DNA of 48,910 nt from Promethearchaeota archaeon. GTDB lineage: Archaea > Asgardarchaeota > Lokiarchaeia > Sigyniarchaeales > SOKP01. Position 1 is the first letter of the stretch, and every line of letters starts with the position of its first letter. The position numbers were made by a program, and so were the translations under genes. Where the stretch lies: contig JAEOTA010000082.1 in assembly GCA_016840085.1 (NCBI GenBank), forward strand, positions 1 to 48,910, given 5' to 3'. The notes below the pieces were generated by a model. The model searched no databases. It saw only the letters and a list, made by a program, of their open reading frames with translations, and had not been told where the DNA came from. Below, piece after piece: positions 39,534-47,047 of the stretch.

Positions 39534-39989
39534 TTAAAATATAGAACGAAAACGGTCCTCTGTTTTTAATCTTAGATCTCCTAGAATTTCATTAATCCGA
39601 GCATCAAAATTTTTAAAATATTTAGGTTTTTTTGAAAAGATATCATTTAAAGAATAACGATTTAAAAAATAAGTAAGAATTTCACTTAATTGTTGTTTAA
39701 CAACTGAAACTTCTGTTCTTTTCTCAACAATGGCAAAAGATAATAATGGTTGTTTATTTTCAACTTCTTTACCGGGTAATTCTATCATTTCGCAGTAACA
39801 GACTAGTTTAAATGAAGCTAAAGAAATAACATTGATATCATCCCCAAAAACCTCACTAGTAAAACTCTCAAGTGCTGATAAAAACCCAGCACGTAGGTTT
39901 GGATCTAAAATATTATCCGAAGATGTATAATATTTTATCTCAAGAAGGCTTTTCATCCCTAAGTTTATACCTACTTCGAGAATTGCCAT
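39534..39989 (-). CDS. Longin-like domain protein
   Basis: DPNLRAGFLSALESFTSEVFG helix followed by beta strands and L..I...F..RY; 24-bp gap to the GTPase gene. Confidence 0.7.
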   Translation of the reverse strand: MAILEVGINLGMKSLLEIKYYTSSDNILDPNLRAGFLSALESFTSEVFGDDINVISLASFKLVCYCEMIELPGKEVENKQPLLSFAIVEKRTEVSVVKQQLSEILTYFLNRYSLNDIFSKKPKYFKNFDARINEILGDLRLKTEDRFRSIF

Positions 39990-40210
39990 TTTTCAAAAGG
40001 AATTTTTTGGTTGTTTAAGATATAGTTTTATTTCAATTGTTTGTTTTATAGTAATATTTTATATTTTTGTTTCTATTTTTTTTTAACCTTTACTTAATAT
40101 AATTTTTTTTGTTTTTTTATAAGAAATTTGGTTATATTAAAATTATCTTTCAATAAAATTTTAGCAGAATAGGTTTATATTCCTTAAAAAGAGGTAATAT
40201 TATTAGAGTA

Positions 40211-41074
40211 CTATTTTAAATTTAATTGTTTTTTATATGCAGTGAAAGTATTCTGGAATAAAAAACTTACAGTTAATGGACCAATACCCCCTGGAACAGG
40301 TGTAATTTTACTACATTTATCAATAACTCCCTCAAAGTCAACATCACCACATAATTTTCCCTCTAATCTGTTTATACCAACATCAATGATTACCACACCT
40401 TCTTTAATCATCTCTTTTGTTATGAAATTTGGTTTTCTTACAGCAACAATTAAGATATCTGCATCTTTAATATACCTATCAATATTTTTTGTTGAAGTAT
40501 GGCAAATAGAAACTGTTGCATTCCTCTTTAATAACAAAAAGATAAGTGGTTTCCCTACTAAATTGGATCTATTTATAATAACGACGTCTTTACTTTTAAG
40601 TTCAATATTGTAATATTCTAAGAGCGTGATTATTCCTTTAGGAGTACACGGAGCTAGTTCTTCGTTATAATCAAAGAGTTTACCTCTATTGAGTGGAGTC
40701 AAGCCATCAGCATCTTTATCTGGGGATATTTGTGCTAAAAAAGCAGGAGTCTCATTAATTAATTCCTTTGGAAGAGGTGATTGAAGTAAAATAGCATGAA
40801 TTGTGTTATCTTCATTTAGTTGTTTAATTTTCTTTATTAAATTTTCTTTTGAAATATTCTTATCTAATTTAATTAATATAGTCTCAATACCTATTTGAGA
40901 ACTTGTTCTCTGTTTTATATTAACATAAACTTTAGAAGCAGGATCTTCTCCAATTAAAATTGTGGCTAATTTGGGTCTCACTCTTGTCTTTTCTACTGCT
41001 TTTTTTATTTTTTTTTGTAATTTTAAATTTAACTCATCAGCTAACTTTTTTCCGTCTAAAATTTTGTTGTTCAT
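40211..41074 (-). CDS. folD: Bifunctional methylenetetrahydrofolate dehydrogenase/cyclohydrolase
   Basis: ILDGKKLA, DPAS.VYV..K, KD.DG, PCTP.GI, RS.LVGKP, DVGINR, GDVDF and TPVPGG.GPLT motifs. Confidence 0.97.
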   Translation of the reverse strand: MNNKILDGKKLADELNLKLQKKIKKAVEKTRVRPKLATILIGEDPASKVYVNIKQRTSSQIGIETILIKLDKNISKENLIKKIKQLNEDNTIHAILLQSPLPKELINETPAFLAQISPDKDADGLTPLNRGKLFDYNEELAPCTPKGIITLLEYYNIELKSKDVVIINRSNLVGKPLIFLLLKRNATVSICHTSTKNIDRYIKDADILIVAVRKPNFITKEMIKEGVVIIDVGINRLEGKLCGDVDFEGVIDKCSKITPVPGGIGPLTVSFLFQNTFTAYKKQLNLK

Positions 41075-41170
41075 AACTTTTAGCTTAATTTATCTAATTG
41101 ATTAATTTAAAAATATTTAAAAAATAAAAAGTAATTACCTTATTAACATATTAATAATTAATAAAACGGT

Positions 41171-42265
41171 TTATATTCTTCTTTTACGCCACCAATATGC
41201 AGCAAATGCAATAATTAATCCAATAGAGCCTAAAACAATAAATAAGATCCAGTAGTTAAACTCTACCATCCAAATTTCTTTTGATAACCTAGATAATTGA
41301 GGATCAAATATTTTCAAAGTTAAAAAAGCATAATAAGAGGCTAGTATTGAAGACGCTGATTGCTCAAATCCTTCGGTTATATCAGCAAAACCTCCGTCTT
41401 GAAAGTTTTGTCGAGATAATAACCATTTAATAGTTGCAATTTTATTCAATTCATTATCTCTTATTAAAGATATAGCTTTTGCGCAATAATAAGTACTACT
41501 TAATAATGAATGTTTAGCATTGTTATCAGGTAAATATCCTCCATAATTATCGGTATCTGCGTTATTATCTACATAGAACGACTTGAGAAAACTTAAAGTT
41601 TGATTAATATTTGGTATAGTACTTAAATTTCCTAGCTCATTCAGTATGGATACAGCATGAAAAGTACTAGGTATTGTAGAGACTAAACTAATATCCCCAC
41701 CATAGCCTCCATCAAAATTATAAGTAGATAAAACCCAATCAATATGTATCGTTTTGTTTTCTATTGGTTTATCAATTAAAGAGTAAATTTGTATAACATA
41801 ATAAGTTGAACTTAAACTTGCTGATTTTGAAGCATTTGAGAGCGCAAATCCTCCACTATTTTGTTCTGTTTCATTGAGATATTTATAAATTTTGTTCTTT
41901 AAATTTTCTTCAATGGAATAATCTAAAGAATCTAAAGATCCTAATAGAAAAGAAAGATCATAAAGATCAACTGCATCCGTATCAAGTATATCTTCTATTT
42001 TTCCTTTTAAATTTTCTTGAAGCGATTCTTTTTCATGAGGATTTCTCCCAAAATGATCTAAAATATTTAACGCATAAGCAGTTGCTTCAAGAGAAATTCT
42101 ACTGTTATTAGTAATAGCATTCGAAAATCCTTCACCCTCAATTTCATTATCAGTGATGAAGTTAACTAAGTATGTATTTCTTGTTTTTCCAAAAACGCTC
42201 GGAATTATACTTAGTGTCCAAAAAAATATTAATAGAATAACAATAAAATTCCGTTTGCTTTTCAA
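41171..42265 (-). CDS. Membrane-anchored prenyltransferase/squalene-oxidase-repeat protein
   Basis: Signal peptide; repeats GGF/GGY...ST[YF][YH]...L; WLLSRQNFQDGGF; C-terminal TM plus WWRKRRI. Confidence 0.8.
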   Translation of the reverse strand: MKSKRNFIVILLIFFWTLSIIPSVFGKTRNTYLVNFITDNEIEGEGFSNAITNNSRISLEATAYALNILDHFGRNPHEKESLQENLKGKIEDILDTDAVDLYDLSFLLGSLDSLDYSIEENLKNKIYKYLNETEQNSGGFALSNASKSASLSSTYYVIQIYSLIDKPIENKTIHIDWVLSTYNFDGGYGGDISLVSTIPSTFHAVSILNELGNLSTIPNINQTLSFLKSFYVDNNADTDNYGGYLPDNNAKHSLLSSTYYCAKAISLIRDNELNKIATIKWLLSRQNFQDGGFADITEGFEQSASSILASYYAFLTLKIFDPQLSRLSKEIWMVEFNYWILFIVLGSIGLIIAFAAYWWRKRRI

Positions 42266-42418
42266 TTAAAAAAACCTAAGTCAGATTAATTAAATTTTTA
42301 ATTTTTTAAATTTATCTTGAAATTAAAAATTATCTATCGGAAGAACCTAAAGAATAGTTTTCTTTCTAAATAAATTAAAAAAAGATTTTATTAATAATCA
42401 AATTTAAATCATAAAATT

Positions 42419-43945
42419 TTAAAGAATTTCACTTATATCCCGATATAATAAATCCTTATTAGCTTGAAATTGTTCATACGTAATAAAAAGTTGTTGAAAT
42501 GAAGGTAAACTTCCCAATACAGCTGCACCTATAAAGATCGCAAATTGAAGATTATCAGGAACAAAGAATTTAAGAATTTTACTTGATTCTGAAAGAAATT
42601 CAGTAAACTCTTGAGCCGCAGTTTTCTGCTCTAATTCTTCCGGCATTGTAGATTTTTCTAGACCCTCTATAGATCTTCCACAATATGGACAAAAGAGGGA
42701 GCTAATATCAGCAATTTCTTTATTACAATAAGGACATTTCCCCACTTCTATTATTGAATCCTTTTTTTTAGGCCTTAAATCTATTTTTATTTCAGGTAAG
42801 ATTAATCTCCCACCGCATTTGGGACAATACTCCTTTCCATTAGATAAATCAATAATTGCCCCACAATTGTTACAGGTGTCCTTTTCTTTTCTTTTTGAAA
42901 TCTCTACTGTTTGGAGTTTTAATAAATCGTTTTTGACAGTAGATAATGTAGGTTTTGGTCTAGGAATTGAACCAAGTTGAGGTAAAATTACATTTAGTTC
43001 TGTCTCAAATCTTTCTTCAAAACCATTATATGAGAGATTACCTCCTGAAAATACGATATGGGATAAAAGATCATGCCAATAATTTTTATCAACGCCGCTT
43101 AAGCAAGCAACTAAAGCTTCGGGTATAGTTATTACATTACTATAACCTAGCATTCCAGGATTGAATAAAGCTTCAGGAGCTTGATGAAGAATATAATTAG
43201 GAATGTTAATAGTTGATCCATCAGGCATAGGAACAGTAAGAGTTCCATTTCCTCTTGGTGGATTATTTGGATCTAAAACAAAATAACAATTTTTTTCTTT
43301 AATATCTTGGATTATTTCATCAGCAGCACTAGATGCTATACTAATTCCTTCTCTCATTAATAAATTTTTTAGATTATGGTTAACATCTACTCCAGCAAGA
43401 GGTACTTTCTGAACAGTATGCTGTATTATTTTGCCATTTATTATCGGAACAATCCATGTGAGACCATCCCCTGATTCAATCACTAATCCTGTTGTTAATC
43501 CAACACTAAATAATGCTAACAAAGGCGTTGGCATCATAATTAGACTTTTGACACGATGCGTTTCAAAGAAAAGCCTTGCGATATATTCTTTAGTTTCTTT
43601 TTGTATAAAAGGAGGCTCACAATAAAATACAGGATAATCAGATACGTTTTCAACCCTTAATAAAGAATAAAAAATATAGTTTAAGATTTCATAATAGCTT
43701 TCCCAGTCCATAATACTACTACGATCGATAGGATGTTTGATTTTAAGAACCCCACGCATCTTAGCAGCATCTTGCCCCACATATATACTTCTAGCGCTTA
43801 CGTCAACCATAACAGATTTATATTTTTCAGTTCCAGTAATACATGGGAATACAAATCTAGGACTAGGCTCTCCTGCAAATCCAATCTTTACATAAGCAGA
43901 ACCTATATCAATAATAATTGGTGTTCCCGATGATGGTAAGGCCAT
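42419..43945 (-). CDS. Actin-related protein with double zinc-ribbon insertion
   Basis: IIDIGS.YVK.GFAGE..PRFVFP, TTGLVIESGDG, DIKEK.CY, PEALF.P, IVFSGG and AIFIG.AVL.SL.SFQQ actin motifs; insert with CNNCG/CPKCG and CPYC/CPYCG. Confidence 0.93.
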   Translation of the reverse strand: MALPSSGTPIIIDIGSAYVKIGFAGEPSPRFVFPCITGTEKYKSVMVDVSARSIYVGQDAAKMRGVLKIKHPIDRSSIMDWESYYEILNYIFYSLLRVENVSDYPVFYCEPPFIQKETKEYIARLFFETHRVKSLIMMPTPLLALFSVGLTTGLVIESGDGLTWIVPIINGKIIQHTVQKVPLAGVDVNHNLKNLLMREGISIASSAADEIIQDIKEKNCYFVLDPNNPPRGNGTLTVPMPDGSTINIPNYILHQAPEALFNPGMLGYSNVITIPEALVACLSGVDKNYWHDLLSHIVFSGGNLSYNGFEERFETELNVILPQLGSIPRPKPTLSTVKNDLLKLQTVEISKRKEKDTCNNCGAIIDLSNGKEYCPKCGGRLILPEIKIDLRPKKKDSIIEVGKCPYCNKEIADISSLFCPYCGRSIEGLEKSTMPEELEQKTAAQEFTEFLSESSKILKFFVPDNLQFAIFIGAAVLGSLPSFQQLFITYEQFQANKDLLYRDISEIL

Positions 43946-44228
43946 TAGGAATCAATTTTATATATTTTTTTCCTTCTTCTTAATAATTATCAGAAATTTT
44001 GATTATAAATAGTTTTTTTTTTATTTTTTATTTCAGTTTTAGTCTTAGTATAAAAAACTGGTGTTGAAGTAATTAAATAAGTAATGCAACTTAAAATTTT
44101 TTAATTTTTTGTTACCTAAAAAAAAAGGTTAACTTTAAGTCATCTGTGTAGTGATCTCCACTTGATTAGGTTGGATTTTGGTCTAAAAACTCTCAAGGAT
44201 CTCTTTTTTTCCCTTTAAAAAAGGAAAT

Positions 44229-45113
44229 CTAGAAAATGTTATTATAACGACTAATCAAATCTTTGAATGCTATAATTAGTTCCTTCCGCTTTTTCAATAC
44301 GTCAGCTTCAGCAAGAAGAATTTCTTTTTGTCTTTCTGCGGTTTCAATGATCCTCGGTCTTAAATTCTCTGGTATTGGTGCTCCTGTTTTTAGCATGTGA
44401 ACCCCAAGAATAATAAAATAACTAGGAGTTCCTTTACTTTTACTCTCCTCAATGATTTTTTTAATTTTATCAATTTGCTCCTTAGTAAGGGGGACTCCAT
44501 CAGATGTAAGAATTGTATTCTTATCAAAATCTTCACTGTTATTAATGATTTCATCAAGTCTCTCTTCTAAATCTTCTTTAGTCAATGGTTTGACGAAGGG
44601 AGTATCGAAGAATCTAAAAAAAAAATCTATTTCTTCCGCAGGACGAGAATATAAGTATTTATATGGATTAATTTCCACAATATATCCATTCTTATGATTC
44701 CGAATCATTTCTTGAAACTCCGTAAGCGCATTGATTTTATTCTCTAGGTAGTGATCATTAGGTCGTTTCCATCTCTGTTTTAACTCAATATCCCAGATAT
44801 CAATATCATTTATTTTTTTTTGTAAATCATTAGGAAGTCTTGAACCAGTTTTGAGTATGAGAGCTCCGAGCACCATAATATAGAGAAGCTTAAGATACTT
44901 TGGGTTATCTTGATCATAAGGATCTATCATTAATATCTCATGATAATGGTCTTCAAGGATCTCTTTGGTAAGGAGAGTCTCATCCTCGATAAACTCGTCA
45001 AAATCTAAGCCACAAATTTCAATGATGTCTCTAAATACCGCCCATTCATGGTCTAACCCATATCCGTGGATTATTCCATTGAGAATGCTAGCTTTATTTT
45101 CAGTCTCATACAT
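44229..45113 (-). CDS. Hypothetical acidic protein with two tandem helical domains (immunity-protein-like)
   Basis: Internal duplication: LTKEILED..VLGALILKTGSRLPNDLQKKI..FQEMIRNH vs LTKEDLEE..ILGVHMLKTGAPIPENLRPRI..FKDLISRY. Confidence 0.7.
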   Translation of the reverse strand: MYETENKASILNGIIHGYGLDHEWAVFRDIIEICGLDFDEFIEDETLLTKEILEDHYHEILMIDPYDQDNPKYLKLLYIMVLGALILKTGSRLPNDLQKKINDIDIWDIELKQRWKRPNDHYLENKINALTEFQEMIRNHKNGYIVEINPYKYLYSRPAEEIDFFFRFFDTPFVKPLTKEDLEERLDEIINNSEDFDKNTILTSDGVPLTKEQIDKIKKIIEESKSKGTPSYFIILGVHMLKTGAPIPENLRPRIIETAERQKEILLAEADVLKKRKELIIAFKDLISRYNNIF

Positions 45114-45187
45114 TTTAAAATAATGCTTTTTTTCTTCTAATAAAATAAAGAATAGTTTAAGTATTTAAAATTTAAGTGTGGCGTGAT

Positions 45188-46105
45188 TTACTGATTATAC
45201 AGATATTGATTGAGAAAATCGTTTAATAAACTGTTCGCAAGAATATTTCTGGCTTCAGTAGGGGAGATCCTAAACCAACTCTTACAATATCCGTATACAG
45301 CATCTCCTGCACTAACTCCAGACATCCTTCTCTGGAAAAATGGAACATTCGCTCTAATCTGAGCTGAGCTATAACCTAACTTAAAGCAAAGAGCTAAAAT
45401 AGGAGCCACTAGTTGCTTCCGCGCATTGGCAAGGGAACCCCACCATTTATAAATATATCTCTGTAGAGTAGTCTTATGCGTAAAGTGTAAATTTGCCGAT
45501 TGAAGTTCAAGTACCATCTCATTTTCATCTAAACCTCTAATGACATAATTAGATAAGACAAATTTTATGTAATCCTCTTGAGATTTACCGCCTACTTTAA
45601 TAAACTCTCTGATATCAATGAGACTTAAAGATTGAGGAGATAATTTTGCCCCATGTCTTGCAAGAAAGTCAGCCCATGAAGAAGCTCCGTATTCCTGTCT
45701 AGCAATCCTTTGTATCATTATTGTAGATATACCCCGAGGATTCTCAGATGAGCGTAATTTTGAAGAAATCTCGGTTTTTGTATTATAACCATGCTCCACA
45801 TAATTCTTGACTATTGGACCAATAAAATAATAATGCGCTTCTTTCAACAATGACCGCTCTCTTGTAAACTTACTAAACGACGCGGGAATAGTCGAGCGAT
45901 AACGCTGAGAATCGGGTTTTCTAGCCAAGAATGGCCAATGATATTTAATATTGTCTACGATATCCTGTCTAGAAATCCCCAGATAATTTCTGGAGAGAAT
46001 ATGAAGCATCTGATTGTAATCACATCCTTTCTCCAAAAGTTCTTGAAGCTTATGAAAGTGAATAAAAGACCTAGGAAGCTCTATCTCTACAGAAGTAGAC
46101 TGAAA
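45188..46105 (-). pseudogene. C-terminal fragment with about 4 HTH-like repeats; frame open from 46105 without an ATG
   Basis: Frame open 23 codons upstream of the track TTG up to TGA at 46106-46108, overlapping the end of the upstream fragment; could alternatively be an intact TTG-started gene. Confidence 0.5.
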
Positions 46106-46899
46106 TCATAATACGAAAATTTATGCCCATCATCATCCACACCATCATTATCGCCGTCATTTTCCAAGATTGTCTCATAGGGAATCACATTAATAGAACT
46201 TATGATACCCGATTCAATCGCAATCCACCCAATCGTCTCATTTTTAGTTGGAGTACCCGTTTCTGCGGATTCTTGTTGGATCTTAAATGAAGCAGGTCTA
46301 ACATCATCTACAATTGAGGTTTTAAACGCGTTATTGTTGTATGTATTTAGGGAATGAAGGATAACCGGTATTGAGCCAAAAGAACTGTAAAATGACACAG
46401 TCTCCCAAGCAGTATAGGGAGATGGCCCATGATGATTCTTATCAGTAGTAAGTATCCCTGCTTTTATTTCTGTGCCATCAGATAGAACCCACTCTCCCGC
46501 TTCCACTACCATATAGGATATCAATTCCGCTGTATGATTCCCATTATCCGGCTCTTCCATAAAGACATCACATCCATAGGCAGTCACGTTATCAATTCTT
46601 ACTTCGACACTTTCAGTTTCATGACAAGAATAGACATAGGCGACCACTATTGGATCGTTATAGGTTTCTACAAATTCTAATGAAACTACTCCTGAATAGT
46701 CGATGGTATTATCAATATTTAGATTTCCTACTTCCATTTGAAACATATGAGGTTCCGAAGGTGGGATATAATCACTTACATTTATGGTCCAATTTACTCC
46801 TACAATATATTCTCCGTCAGTTATTTCAGCTCGAATGGTTGATATCCCTTCTGAATCTTGGTCAGGAGTAAAAGTATAGGTAGAAGCAAAGAAATTCAC
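46087..46899 (-). pseudogene. Internal fragment of a surface protein (half Ig/cadherin-like domain plus H-type-lectin-like repeats)
   Basis: Begins mid-domain (TYTFTPDQD..ITDGEY..NWTINV) with no signal peptide; two repeats F...Y/F..P.V/I....E.I.Y/W...E.G; a third repeat is cut at GHKFSY. Confidence 0.6.
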
Positions 46900-47047
46900 A
46901 GAAACTATAAAATAATAATGAAGAGTTAGACAAATACCTAATTTTTATTTTACTATCTTTTCAAAAAGAGTTATTTTTTTATAAATTGATAAGTAGACAA
47001 TTCCACAAAATCTTAAAAATAGAAAAAAAAATAAAACAATTTTTCAC

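Noticed and set aside
44151-44190. Minus-strand gtttttagaccaaaatccaacctaatcaagtggagatcac, faintly like a 37-nt archaeal CRISPR repeat, at the edge of the accessory block
   Set aside because: Single copy, no ATTGAAA(C/G) end, and no cas genes; cannot be supported without the genome's repeat consensus
46087-46110. Programmed -1 frameshift joining the two fragments
   Set aside because: No canonical X XXY YYZ slippery site in the overlap and the lectin-like repeat is cut mid-domain; a deletion junction is simpler
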